Of a stretch of 64,000 nt of DNA, positions 1 to 10,443 are shown one piece after another (the first letter of the stretch is position 1; each line of letters opens with the position of its first letter). The stretch is taken from NCBI GenBank assembly GCA_002162925.1, contig MABC01000070.1, forward strand, positions 15,689 to 79,688. The letters are read 5' to 3'. The DNA is from Thalassotalea sp. 42_200_T64 (GTDB taxonomy: Bacteria; Pseudomonadota; Gammaproteobacteria; Enterobacterales; Alteromonadaceae). The position numbers and the translations under genes were made by a program. A model generated the notes under the pieces. That model had not been told where the DNA came from, searched no databases, and was given only the letters and a program-made list of their open reading frames with translations.

Positions 1-1287
1 AATGTAGGCTTCATCACGCGTCTCTTTCATCCAACGAATGACTTCAACGCCAAATTTACGATTAAAAATAAGGTTGTAAGCACGATTTGAGTTGTTTTGC
101 TCGGTAGCATCTTGAATTCTACGACCGGTAAGCTGAATCAAATGCCAACCAAATGATGAACGGAATGGCTTGTGGTACTGATCAACTTCTAATGTTGCCA
201 AGGCGTTTGTAAATGTAGGATCGTAGCCGTTGGGATCTGACCAGCCCAAGTCACCACCACGACTTGCGGTAGGACCTTCTGAATGTTCGCGGGCCAAGGC
301 ATCAAAATCTGCTTCACCAGCTTCTATTTGGATTAAGAAATCTTTCAGGATTTGTTCGGCTTTTTGTTCCGATAAAATAATCGATGGTTCAATTAAAATA
401 TGACGAGATCTTACTTCGCTAATTTCAACTTTTTCTTTGCCGCGAATATCAAGAATTTTAATGATGTTAAACCCTAAACCAGTACGAATAGGACCAAAAA
501 CTGAATCCTTATCTTGACCATCTACCAATTCGGCAAATAACGTTGGCATTTCATTGATACCTTTCCAGCCTAAATCACCACCTTCAAGCGCGGTTGGTGC
601 GCCGGATGAAGCAATGGCAATTTTTTTAAAATCGGAGCCAGAATTTAATAACTCAATCACTTTATCGGCACGTTTTTTCGCATCTAGCAAATCTTCCTGA
701 GTGGGTTCATCAGGAAAGCTGATTAAAATGTGGCCCATATTGTATTCAACATCGGCGTTAGTTTGCTGTTTCATTAACTCGACTAAATTGCTCACTTCTT
801 GTGGAGTAATGGCAACACGACGGCGCACACTACCGCGACGTACTTCACTGGTGATCATTTCAATCCGTATGCCTTCACGGTAGCGTTCGTAATTAATACC
901 ATCAGCTACCAGCTGTTGACGAAATTGCTCAGTACTCATGTCGCCATTATCTTTGGCAATTGAGGCAATAGCATTATCAAGTTGGGCATCACTAATTTGG
1001 ACCCCCATGCGCTCACCCATTTGTAATAACAAGCTGTCATTGATGAGTTTTTCCATGGCTTGGGTGCGTAAGGCCTTATCTGAAGGCAAGCTTTGCTTTT
1101 CAAGCAATGCTTGTTTTTTTACATTACCTACCAGTTCATTAATGTCTGATTCAAGGACGACGCCGGAATTTACGATGGCGACAACTTTGTCCAGTTCTTT
1201 TTCTTTTGCATTAACAGGTGTTGATAAAGCAACAGCGCTAAGGGCTAAGCCTGAAATGATAAAGGCAAGTCTAATTATTTTTTTCAT
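1..1287 (-). CDS. surA: Periplasmic chaperone/peptidyl-prolyl isomerase SurA (3' end runs off the window)
   Basis: Manual minus-strand translation from ATG at 1287: MKKIIRLAFIISG...KELDKVVAIVNSGVVLESD, with parvulin motifs GGDLGW and PFRSSFGWHLIQ; directly downstream of lptD. Confidence 0.93.
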   Translation of the reverse strand, partial: MKKIIRLAFIISGLALSAVALSTPVNAKEKELDKVVAIVNSGVVLESDINELVGNVKKQALLEKQSLPSDKALRTQAMEKLINDSLLLQMGERMGVQISDAQLDNAIASIAKDNGDMSTEQFRQQLVADGINYERYREGIRIEMITSEVRRGSVRRRVAITPQEVSNLVELMKQQTNADVEYNMGHILISFPDEPTQEDLLDAKKRADKVIELLNSGSDFKKIAIASSGAPTALEGGDLGWKGINEMPTLFAELVDGQDKDSVFGPIRTGLGFNIIKILDIRGKEKVEISEVRSRHILIEPSIILSEQKAEQILKDFLIQIEAGEADFDALAREHSEGPTASRGGDLGWSDPNGYDPTFTNALATLEVDQYHKPFRSSFGWHLIQLTGRRIQDATEQNNSNRAYNLIFNRKFGVEVIRWMKETRDEAYI

Positions 1288-1345
1288 TGAATAAAATCTA
1301 CGGTTAATTACTTTGAATATGTTTAATTTTTAAATCGCTTTGTTA

Positions 1346-3658
1346 CTAATTACTTAGAAAATATGGGCGTTTATAACCAAATATGCCTGATTCTAACATA
1401 TCATCAACACCAAGTGGTTTTTGTTTTCCGCCTAATCCTTTCAGCACGAACTGTAATATAAATCCATTATCAAATTCATCGCGCGTGTCTTGCGCAAGTG
1501 CATGGAGAACTCCTTGATTCAGTTCACTATCATCTAAGTTGGTATTAATACTTCGGTGAACAGCAAAGCGTACGGCCCAACAACAACTCTCGTATTGTAA
1601 GCCTGCGTAGGCCTCTAACGAACGTTTTCTGATTAAATCATGAGTTACCCGGCCGACAAATTGCCAATCTTGATTAATTGGAAAACTTGCTAGTACCGAT
1701 GCTTGCTCTATGCCGACATCAGAGATGTTGCGTATGTATCGATGATTTAACTGAAATACATTACGAGAATCCTTTCGATAATCAATACTCACTTGACTTC
1801 TCTCCGTTGCATTTTGTTTGGTATCGTACTGAATGTCGGTTTGTAATTGCCAGCGTTTGGCTAACTGGACAAATAAATCACCCGCCACTGCCGAAGCATT
1901 TTCATCTTCGCCATCTTCGTTAAAGCTGAGACTAGTTTCATCTGAGTAGAATATACGACCTAAGCTTAAACGGAAAAGTTCCGTATTATCGCTATTTAAT
2001 ATTCGCGTGGTGGCCCCCACGGATATCTGGTTAGCTTGCGCTATTCGGTCTAAACCACTAAAACGCTTATCTCGAAACAAGCCATCAAAATCATCTTGCA
2101 AAGGTGAAGTATCGTAAATGTAGATTTCGTCCTGATTTTTTTGCGGAATGTAGAGATATTGAATTTGTGGTTCAAGCGTTTGAATTTTTTCTTCAAAAAA
2201 TAGTGTTGTTGGTCGATCAAAATTAAGACCCGCATGAATTCTCACTTTCGGCAAGGTTCGCTTTACCTCTTTTTCAAGATTCAAGTTCAGGGCTTGGCTG
2301 ATTTGATCAATATTATCTTGCTGATAAATGGTGTGCATAATTCGTAAGTCAGAATTAACAAACCAGCCGGGTTTTGAAAAGGGAATGTTAAGCCCTGCTT
2401 CCAGGTGTAGACGATCGGCAGTGGGCTGATCAGGGTCTGAAATATCGAAATGAGAATACTCACTATAGACATTAAGGGTTGAATTTAAAAACCCCAGAGG
2501 CTGGTAAAGCTCGGCTTCCAGCTGCGGTAAGGTTGAATAACTTTCACTGTTTTGCCCTAACACTTTAAAATCCTGTACTTTAACCGAGCTGTGCCAGTTA
2601 GTACTAAAGTATGATAACTCACCAACCTGCAATAAATAGGCATCATTTTTACTAAATTGATCACTGCCGATATCCACCAGATAGTTATCATCACTGATAT
2701 CACCATAATCGACATGCACTCGATAATTTTCCCTAAACGTGCCTGCGTGTTGCAGTCGTGTTAAATAACGCGCGTCGTCATTGTTGGTTAACTCATCATC
2801 ACTGTCTAAATAATCAAAGTTAATCTGCGTATTTAGCTGGCCGGTTAAGTGACGAAATTCGGTTTTAAGCTGGGTGCCCCGTTTTGACATATGATAGGGC
2901 GTGATGGTGGCATCCATGTTCTCGCTGATGTTCAAATAGAAGGGCAGGCCGAGCTTAAAGCCTGACTTACTCGACGTTGATATTTGTGGGTAGAGAAAAC
3001 CGGTTTTGCGTTGATCCGATAAGGGAAAACTAAAATAGGGTAAATAGAAAACTGGCACATCTTTTACCCTGAATACGCTATTCCAGGCTTCGCCTATATC
3101 TTCTTCGTGGTCTAAGTTGATTTCACTGGCGAAAATTTGCCAGTCAGGTACTACGTCGGTACAGGTAGTGAAATTGGCGTTTTTTAACATGACACCTTGC
3201 TCACTTATCGCCAGTATATCTGCACTGCCTTTACCTGGGGCACCATTAAGTTGATAGTTAGAATTGGTTAACACTACCTTGTTTTCTACTGAGCTACCTT
3301 CTAGGCTGTCGGCCTCAACGGTCAATGAATTATTTTGAAAACGGGTATGTCCGGAAGCTTTTATCTGGCCATTTTCTCTATCGATCAATATTTCATCGGC
3401 AGATATTTTTTTATCTCCGACGGCAAGCTTTACCTCTCCACTAAATCGAGCTGATTGATTTTTTTCAACATAAGAGTTTTTTGATTCGATTGCAATCGCT
3501 TGATCATCTAACAGTTCCGGATTTGTTAACACAATAGGTTCTGGCTGCGGAATTGGACACTCAACGTAGGGAACTAGAGTTTGGGGCTCTGCTGCGGCTA
3601 TAGCCGCACTGCTAAAGCAAAAACTAATGATAAAAAGTGATTTACGGGAAAGTGGCAT
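1346..3658 (-). CDS. lptD: LPS-assembly outer membrane protein LptD
   Basis: 770 aa with signal peptide; FTTC, PVFYLPY, RKTGFLYP, FSGLDRI and YESCCWA motifs; lptD-surA synteny. Confidence 0.96.
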   Translation of the reverse strand: MPLSRKSLFIISFCFSSAAIAAAEPQTLVPYVECPIPQPEPIVLTNPELLDDQAIAIESKNSYVEKNQSARFSGEVKLAVGDKKISADEILIDRENGQIKASGHTRFQNNSLTVEADSLEGSSVENKVVLTNSNYQLNGAPGKGSADILAISEQGVMLKNANFTTCTDVVPDWQIFASEINLDHEEDIGEAWNSVFRVKDVPVFYLPYFSFPLSDQRKTGFLYPQISTSSKSGFKLGLPFYLNISENMDATITPYHMSKRGTQLKTEFRHLTGQLNTQINFDYLDSDDELTNNDDARYLTRLQHAGTFRENYRVHVDYGDISDDNYLVDIGSDQFSKNDAYLLQVGELSYFSTNWHSSVKVQDFKVLGQNSESYSTLPQLEAELYQPLGFLNSTLNVYSEYSHFDISDPDQPTADRLHLEAGLNIPFSKPGWFVNSDLRIMHTIYQQDNIDQISQALNLNLEKEVKRTLPKVRIHAGLNFDRPTTLFFEEKIQTLEPQIQYLYIPQKNQDEIYIYDTSPLQDDFDGLFRDKRFSGLDRIAQANQISVGATTRILNSDNTELFRLSLGRIFYSDETSLSFNEDGEDENASAVAGDLFVQLAKRWQLQTDIQYDTKQNATERSQVSIDYRKDSRNVFQLNHRYIRNISDVGIEQASVLASFPINQDWQFVGRVTHDLIRKRSLEAYAGLQYESCCWAVRFAVHRSINTNLDDSELNQGVLHALAQDTRDEFDNGFILQFVLKGLGGKQKPLGVDDMLESGIFGYKRPYFLSN

Positions 3659-3928
3659 GCATAGTCCGAGTTATAAAATGCTGCTAATACCTGCGTTGGT
3701 TATCATTTAAAATGCTTACAGGTAATATTATTATTAATTATTTTTAATTGCTGATAATCAGCCATATAGCCAATTAGTTTATCATAGCTTTTCTTTCAGC
3801 AGCATAATAATTTGTCTCTATATAGAACCAATAAATTCAAGCTTTGATAGAAATTTTATGTTTTTGGCTAATAGCAATTTTCATTATTTCTCTATTTGGT
3901 TATATTGGGCATCTAAAACCAATTATTT

Positions 3929-4981
3929 GTGGAATTATTCTTGTCATCTCAGCTTAGAAAGCAACAGCTTGAACAGTGGTTACAACAACTGTTTATTGAT
4001 CAACCGGTTAATCTTGTGCCATTAACGGGCGATGCCGGTTTTCGAATTTATTATCGTTTGCAGTTGCCAGAAGGCAGCTTCATTGTTGTTGATAGCCCAG
4101 TGGATAAAATTAATAATCTGGCGTTCGTCAGTTTGGCGCATGGCTTTGCCAGGCAGAACATAGTGGTGCCTGAAATTATCCATTATGATCAGCATAATGG
4201 TTTTATCTGTATTACTGATTTTGGCGATACCTTGTTAAGTAGCAAGCTAAACAGCGAGTCTATGTCAGACTTATATCAGCAAGCCATTGCTCTGCTACCT
4301 AAAATTCAAAAAGTGCAGCCTGACCAAGGTTGGACCTTACCGGAATATGATCAGCCGTTTTTACAAATGGAAATGGACATTTTTGTTGAATGGCTATTAG
4401 CGAGACATTTAAATATTCAGTTATCCAGCAAACAACAACAACAACTCCAGCAATGTTTTACCTACTTAATCAGCAGTGCCATTGAGCAACCGCAAGTGAG
4501 CGTTCATCGTGATTTCCACAGTCGAAATATTTTACTCAGTAATAACGGTGAAAATGAGGGCGAATTGGCCGTTATCGATTTTCAGGATGCCGTCACCGGC
4601 CCATTTACCTACGATTTGGTATCACTATTACGCGATTGCTATGTGCGTTGGGATGATGACCTGATTGCGCCATTGCTAAATTTTTACCTGGATAAAATTC
4701 AGCAACAAAGCTCGATAACAATTAATCGTGAGCAGTTTCAGCGCTGGTTCGATTTAATGGGCTTACAGCGTCATATCAAAGCCAGTGGTATTTTTGCGCG
4801 TTTATATCACCGCGATGGTAAACCCGGATACTTAAAGGACATTCCTTTAACCTTGTCTTACATTGTCGATATTGCGGCCAAATATCCAGAATTAATGTTT
4901 TTATCTGATTTAGTAAAAAACCAAGTGTTACCCGATTTGGCTAAACTGGTTGAACGACAGCAAACGGGAGCGTTGCAATGA
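3929..4981 (+). CDS. amgK: Anomeric MurNAc/GlcNAc kinase (aminoglycoside phosphotransferase family)
   Basis: GDAGFRIYYR, HRDFHSRN, IDFQDA, GIFARL..RDGK motifs; overlaps murU and is divergent from lptD. Confidence 0.88.
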   Translation: MELFLSSQLRKQQLEQWLQQLFIDQPVNLVPLTGDAGFRIYYRLQLPEGSFIVVDSPVDKINNLAFVSLAHGFARQNIVVPEIIHYDQHNGFICITDFGDTLLSSKLNSESMSDLYQQAIALLPKIQKVQPDQGWTLPEYDQPFLQMEMDIFVEWLLARHLNIQLSSKQQQQLQQCFTYLISSAIEQPQVSVHRDFHSRNILLSNNGENEGELAVIDFQDAVTGPFTYDLVSLLRDCYVRWDDDLIAPLLNFYLDKIQQQSSITINREQFQRWFDLMGLQRHIKASGIFARLYHRDGKPGYLKDIPLTLSYIVDIAAKYPELMFLSDLVKNQVLPDLAKLVERQQTGALQ

Positions 4982-5652
4982 AAGCGATGATTTTGGCGGC
5001 AGGACGTGGCGAACGCATGAGGCCACTTACCGATCATTGTCCTAAGCCATTATTAAAGGTTGCCGGTATGTCGTTAATTGAACATCACTTAAACCGTTTA
5101 AAAACGGCAGGCATTACCGATATCGTGATCAACCATGCCTGGCTGGGTGAACAAATTGAGCAGTTTTTTGCTGATGGCAAACGCTTTGGTGTGAATATTC
5201 AATACAGTGCCGAGAAAAATGGGGCGTTAGAAACCGCCGGTGGAATTGTCAAAGCGCTGCCTTTACTCGGCGATGAGCCTTTTTTAGTGGTTAATGGTGA
5301 CATTTATTGTCAATATGCATTTACCCAGTTACCAGCATTACAGCACGGGGAACTTGCGCACTTATTGTTGGTCGAAAATCCGCAGCATAACCCCAATGGT
5401 GATTTCGCTATGGTTGATAATCGGTTAAAATCGGGAAAAGCACTGAACAATAAGTATACCTATTCTGGCATTGGCGTGTACTCACCGAAATTATTTTCTG
5501 GGCTTAGTGTTGAAAAAACGCCATTAGCGCCCATTTTAGTAAACGCGATGACAGATAACAAAATATCAGGGTCTCTATATCACGGCTTATGGAGTGATAT
5601 AGGAACCCCACAACGACTAGCACAAATAAATGCACTTATAAAAGGCAACTAA
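4978..5652 (+). CDS. murU: N-acetylmuramate alpha-1-phosphate uridylyltransferase
   Basis: MKAMILAAGRGERMRPLT, LETAGGI, WSDIGTP; amgK-murU-djlA synteny. Confidence 0.9.
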   Translation: MKAMILAAGRGERMRPLTDHCPKPLLKVAGMSLIEHHLNRLKTAGITDIVINHAWLGEQIEQFFADGKRFGVNIQYSAEKNGALETAGGIVKALPLLGDEPFLVVNGDIYCQYAFTQLPALQHGELAHLLLVENPQHNPNGDFAMVDNRLKSGKALNNKYTYSGIGVYSPKLFSGLSVEKTPLAPILVNAMTDNKISGSLYHGLWSDIGTPQRLAQINALIKGN

Positions 5653-6440
5653 TGAGAATTTGGGGAAAGGTTTTTGGTTTCGCACTCGGCTTTATGGCCG
5701 GCAGGTTTATTGGCGCAATTTTTGGCTTATGGTTAGGCCATCAGTTTGATAAAGGGTTGAGTATGGACTTCAACTCTTTCAATAAACAAAATGAAAATGA
5801 ACGTCAAAATGCCTTTTTTAAGGCGACGTTTGCGGTGATGGGTAACATTACCAAAGCCAGTGGTCATGTCAGTGAAGATGAAATTGCTTTCGCCAGCGGG
5901 GCAATGAAGCGTTGGGGCTTGAATAAAGAGACCACCAAAATCGCGCAAAATGCGTTTATCGAAGGCAAAAAAGAATTTTTTGATTTAAGTGCGCAGTTAA
6001 GACAGTTAAAAAGTGCCTGTTTTGGTCGTCATGACCTACTGCAGATGTTTATCGAAATCCAAATTCAGGCGGCGTTTGCCGATGGCGACTTGCACCCGAA
6101 AGAGCGGCAGATTTTACATAAAATAGCCAAAAGTCTTGGTGTTTCGGCACGGCAACTGGATGCCTTATTGGATCGCATTGTTGCCGGTGAGCAATTTCAT
6201 CAACAAGGCCAGGCGCATTCGCCACAGCAGGCAAAACAACACTTACACAATGCTTATCGAGTATTAGGGGTGGACGCCAATACCGGACAAAAGGAAGTGA
6301 AAAAAGCTTACCGTAAGTTAATGTCACAACATCATCCAGACAAGCTGGTTGCTAAAGGGCTACCGCCAGAATTAATGGAAGATGCCAAACAAAAAACGCA
6401 AGACATACAAGCGGCGTACGAATTGATCAGCAGTCAATAA
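5652..6440 (+). CDS. djlA: Co-chaperone DjlA
   Basis: N-terminal TM (MRIWGKVFG), TerB-like middle region, C-terminal J domain with HPD (HHPDKLVAKGLP). Confidence 0.95.
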   Translation: MRIWGKVFGFALGFMAGRFIGAIFGLWLGHQFDKGLSMDFNSFNKQNENERQNAFFKATFAVMGNITKASGHVSEDEIAFASGAMKRWGLNKETTKIAQNAFIEGKKEFFDLSAQLRQLKSACFGRHDLLQMFIEIQIQAAFADGDLHPKERQILHKIAKSLGVSARQLDALLDRIVAGEQFHQQGQAHSPQQAKQHLHNAYRVLGVDANTGQKEVKKAYRKLMSQHHPDKLVAKGLPPELMEDAKQKTQDIQAAYELISSQ

Positions 6441-6455
6441 CCTGAACTCAGGATA
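6438..6455. repeat. Short palindromic REP-like repeat TAACCTGAACTCRGGATA
   Basis: Near-identical copy at 16925-16942 and a degenerate copy at 38995-39010; located at gene ends. Confidence 0.55.
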
Positions 6456-6456
6456 G

Positions 6457-7125
6457 CTACACGAATGGACAATCCACCCTAAACTCAATTTTTTCACCAC
6501 TGACCGGGTGGAAAATTGCGTAATACTGAGAGTGCAGTTGCAAGCGGTTACTCATAGTGATCGCTTCACCGGTCGCATACAATCGATCACCAAGAATGGG
6601 GGTGTCGAGCGATAACATGTGTACCCGCAACTGATGCGAACGTCCGGTTATCGGTTTGAGCTCAACCAGAGTGGTTTTCTCATCTTCACTCAATACCTTG
6701 TAATGAGTGATCGCCTGTTTACCCCGTTCGTAACACACCATTTGTTTTGGTCTATTCGGCCAGTCACAGATCAGCGGTAGATTAATTTCTCCGGTTTTCT
6801 CCGGCAAGTGGCCATAGATTCTAGCAATGTAATATTTCTCGGTTTGTCGTTGCTGAAATTGACGACTAATGGCGACATGGCTGGGCTTATTCAAGGCCAT
6901 GATGATAATGCCTGAAGTTGCCATATCTAAACGATGCACTATGGTCGCCGTTGGCAATACCCGGTTTACCCGGGTTTGCAAGCAATCCTGATGCTCAGGT
7001 AAGCGCCCGGTTACGGTTAATAATTCGCTCGGCTTATTTAACACCACTATGTCTTCATCTCGATAAATAATATCAAGGTAGGGATCCATTGGCGGTTTGT
7101 AGACAAAATCAGGGTTGGCACTCAT
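6457..7125 (-). CDS. rluA: 23S rRNA/tRNA pseudouridine synthase RluA
   Basis: VHRLDMATSG, PITGRSHQLRVH, PILGDRLY; downstream of rapA. Confidence 0.93.
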   Translation of the reverse strand: MSANPDFVYKPPMDPYLDIIYRDEDIVVLNKPSELLTVTGRLPEHQDCLQTRVNRVLPTATIVHRLDMATSGIIIMALNKPSHVAISRQFQQRQTEKYYIARIYGHLPEKTGEINLPLICDWPNRPKQMVCYERGKQAITHYKVLSEDEKTTLVELKPITGRSHQLRVHMLSLDTPILGDRLYATGEAITMSNRLQLHSQYYAIFHPVSGEKIEFRVDCPFV

Positions 7126-7158
7126 AAACTACTACTGCTCTTTATTGGGTAATACTAA

Positions 7159-10068
7159 CTATTGGCTGACAATGATCAGACGTATGGCTTCAAATTTCAG
7201 CTGCGCATTATTGATAAAATGAGTCAGTTCGGTTTGCTGATGGCGAATAAAATCCAGCTCAGACTGACGCACGTTCGGGTTGATCGCCGCCAGTGCTGTT
7301 AATCTTTGATGCTCTTCATCTAATGTTAGGTTCATTGCGGCTAAGGCCTGTTGTTGCAGGTCATCAACTTTCAACTGGCTAAAGCCTTCGGCTTTTTCCA
7401 CCAATAGTGGAATTTGGGCTTTTAACGCTTTCACCAATTGTAAGCCGGTTTGTTTTTTCACCGGACTGAGTTGGTTATCGAGTACGCTTTCCGCCACTTT
7501 GTCCGATAAATTGTTGCCACTTTTATCGAGTAAAATTCGCACCGGCGTAGTTGGCAAATATCGGCCCAGTTGTAATTGGCTCGGCGCCATGGCTTCCAGA
7601 GTGAAAATACATTCGATGAAGAAGGTGCCAACCGGAATGGCCGGGTTTTTTAAAATGCCGATGCTGGCATTACCAATTTCATCACTTAACACCAAATCCA
7701 TCGCGCCACTCACCATAGGATGATCCCAGCTTAAAAACTGATAATCTTCACAACTTAACGCCGACTGGCGATCGAACGTTACTGTGGCACCACCTTCAGG
7801 TAGGCAAGGAAAGTTTGAACTCAACATGTGTTCGCTTGGTTGCAAGGCTATCGCGTTGTCGGCCTTATCGTCTTGTTCCAGACCAAAGACATCAAAAACT
7901 GAAAACATGTACTGGGCCAGCTCGTGCTGGTTATCTTGTTTTTCGATGTCGTTAACCAATTGCTCGGCTTTACCCTGACCAGAAGAGTTCAGCTCCAATA
8001 ACTTGTCACGGCCCGATTCAAGCTCGGCTTTAAGTTGTAAATGCAGTTCATGGCTGGCATTGATGATGTTAGCTATAGCATCCTCTGTCCAGCTGCCTTG
8101 CAAGGCTGTTTGCATCACTGCACGGCCAAATTTATCAAACACTGCCCTGGCAGTAATACAGGTATGCTCAAACGCATTAAGCCCCTGATGATACCAGTTC
8201 AGCAATAATGCTTGTGGTGAATCGGCAAAATAAGGCACATGCAAACGTATGGTTTGAGTTTGACCAATTCGGTCTAAACGGCCAATGCGCTGTTCCAGTA
8301 AGTCTGGGTTGCGCGGTAAATCAAACAACACCAAGTGGTGGGCAAATTGGAAGTTACGACCTTCCGAGCCAATCTCAGAACACAATAACACTTGCGCACT
8401 GTCTTCTTCCTGAGCAAAATAAGCGGCGGCTTTATCGCGTTCAAAAATGCTCATGCCTTCGTGGAATACCGCGGCGCGGATGCCTTCTTTTACTCGTAGT
8501 GCTTCTTCTAAATCTTTTGCCGTTTGCGCATGGGCACATATCACCAGTATTTTTTGCTGCCTGTCCTGATTTAACAAGTCGATTAAGAAATCCAACCGTG
8601 GATCAAACTCACACCAATGCTGCTGTTGATGATTTAAATGATATAGCGCTTCCGGAGTAAATATTTGTTTGCTCACGGTGCTGGTTAATAGCACTTCATC
8701 GTCATCACTGACAATATATTCTTGTAACGCCTGAAAGTATTGCTCAGGCAGTTTCAGCTCAGTGGCCAGCAGTTGTCTTTCCGGGAAACCTTTTATGGTA
8801 TTGCGCGAATTTCTAAACAGAATTCGGCCGGTACCGTGTCGGTCGAGTAACTGTGCCAGTAAAGTTTGTTGTGCCGCGGTTTTACTCGCATCATCCACGT
8901 CACTACTCAAGGCATTAATGGCCGAACTCACGTCGCTTTCTTGCAATAGGTGAGTCAGCGTACTTTGTTGCTCGTTGCTTAGTAATTCATCAGCAAGAAT
9001 GGCGTTGGCAGCATCGGCAACCGCACCGTATTGCTCTTCTTCTTTGATGAATTCTTGATAATTGTAGAAGCGATTTGGATCGAGCAGACGTAAACGGGCA
9101 AAATGACTTTCATGACCAAGCTGATCAGGCGTTGCCGTTAACAACAGCACGCCAGGAATGCTCTCGGCTAAAATCTCAATGCATTGATACTCAATCGAAG
9201 GCGACTCTGCCGACCAGGCAAGATGGTGGGCTTCATCAACAATCATCAAATCCCAATCTTCATTGGCAATGTTTTCAAACTGCTCCGGATTGTTGGCGAG
9301 AAAGTCCAGGTTGACCAATACCAGTTGCTCACTACTGAATGGATTTTCATCCTCGCTGTATTGCTGACAACGCTCTTCATCAAAAATGCTGAATTTTAAA
9401 TTAAAGCGACGTAACATTTCCACCAGCCATTGATGCATCAATGACTCAGGCACCACAATAATCGCTCGTTCAGCTCGGCCGGATACCAGTTGTTGGTGCA
9501 GGATTAAACCGGCTTCAATGGTTTTGCCTAACCCCACTTCATCGGCCAACAATACCCGTGGCGCAAATCGTTTGCCGACTTCTTCGGCAATATACAGTTG
9601 ATGCGGGATCAAACTTACCTTGCCACCGGCTAAACCGGTTAATTCCGATTGCTGTTGTTCACAGCGAATGGCTAACGATGATTTACGCAACTGATACCAG
9701 TCGAGACGATCAAACTGGCCGTTCAATAACCTGTCATGTGGCTTGTTAAATTTGATGAAATGATCCAGCATCATTTCTTTTAACTTTACTTCTTCGCCAT
9801 TATCGAGGCGATTGCCGACATAGGTACATAAATTGTCGTCTTCGATGACATCCTTGATGGTGACTGAAAAGCCTTCGTGCGATGGCACGACATCGCCAAC
9901 GTTAAAAATGACTCGCGTTAATGGCGCTTCTTTTATGGCATATTGACGAGATTCGCCGGTGGCGGTAAATAAGATAGAGACAAAACGGCCGGCAACATCG
10001 ACTACGGTTCCTAAGCCCTGATCTGATTCTGTATCGCTGATCCAACGCTGACCGAGAAAAAATGACAT
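7159..10068 (-). CDS. rapA: RNA polymerase-associated SWI2/SNF2 ATPase RapA
   Basis: MSFFLGQRWISDTESDQGLG start at 10068, LLADEVGLGKT, DEAH, SEIGSEGRNFQF. Confidence 0.96.
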   Translation of the reverse strand: MSFFLGQRWISDTESDQGLGTVVDVAGRFVSILFTATGESRQYAIKEAPLTRVIFNVGDVVPSHEGFSVTIKDVIEDDNLCTYVGNRLDNGEEVKLKEMMLDHFIKFNKPHDRLLNGQFDRLDWYQLRKSSLAIRCEQQQSELTGLAGGKVSLIPHQLYIAEEVGKRFAPRVLLADEVGLGKTIEAGLILHQQLVSGRAERAIIVVPESLMHQWLVEMLRRFNLKFSIFDEERCQQYSEDENPFSSEQLVLVNLDFLANNPEQFENIANEDWDLMIVDEAHHLAWSAESPSIEYQCIEILAESIPGVLLLTATPDQLGHESHFARLRLLDPNRFYNYQEFIKEEEQYGAVADAANAILADELLSNEQQSTLTHLLQESDVSSAINALSSDVDDASKTAAQQTLLAQLLDRHGTGRILFRNSRNTIKGFPERQLLATELKLPEQYFQALQEYIVSDDDEVLLTSTVSKQIFTPEALYHLNHQQQHWCEFDPRLDFLIDLLNQDRQQKILVICAHAQTAKDLEEALRVKEGIRAAVFHEGMSIFERDKAAAYFAQEEDSAQVLLCSEIGSEGRNFQFAHHLVLFDLPRNPDLLEQRIGRLDRIGQTQTIRLHVPYFADSPQALLLNWYHQGLNAFEHTCITARAVFDKFGRAVMQTALQGSWTEDAIANIINASHELHLQLKAELESGRDKLLELNSSGQGKAEQLVNDIEKQDNQHELAQYMFSVFDVFGLEQDDKADNAIALQPSEHMLSSNFPCLPEGGATVTFDRQSALSCEDYQFLSWDHPMVSGAMDLVLSDEIGNASIGILKNPAIPVGTFFIECIFTLEAMAPSQLQLGRYLPTTPVRILLDKSGNNLSDKVAESVLDNQLSPVKKQTGLQLVKALKAQIPLLVEKAEGFSQLKVDDLQQQALAAMNLTLDEEHQRLTALAAINPNVRQSELDFIRHQQTELTHFINNAQLKFEAIRLIIVSQ

Positions 10069-10443
10069 AAAAAACTCTCCAAAATAACGGGGTATGGTCA
10101 AAAAGGCCGCTATGTTAACGATTTATCCGTGTTATTTCATTAATTATTTCATCCATTTTGCATTGTTTGTTCGCGGCCAGAGCAAGGTGTGTGTATTACG
10201 CATCAACAGCTCTGTTTATAAGGATAGATTTAAATGAAAAAAATTCATCTATATTTCATCAATCTATATTGAATCGATGATAAGAAAGTGTCATGGTGGT
10301 GTTATGGATTGGTTAATCAAGGGAGCTGCTTTACAGACGAAAAACAACAAATTTAGCGAATGATGCTATGTACATCGCCAGTAGTAGTTTCGGCAACCCG
10401 CAACATCATTCAGTTAATAACAAAAGCTACTGTAGGATATATT

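Noticed and set aside
701-1294. Plus-strand ORFs 701-883 and 938-1294, and similar antisense ORFs elsewhere
   Set aside because: Shadows of well-supported opposite-strand genes (surA, rapA, ccm, sulP, GH3).
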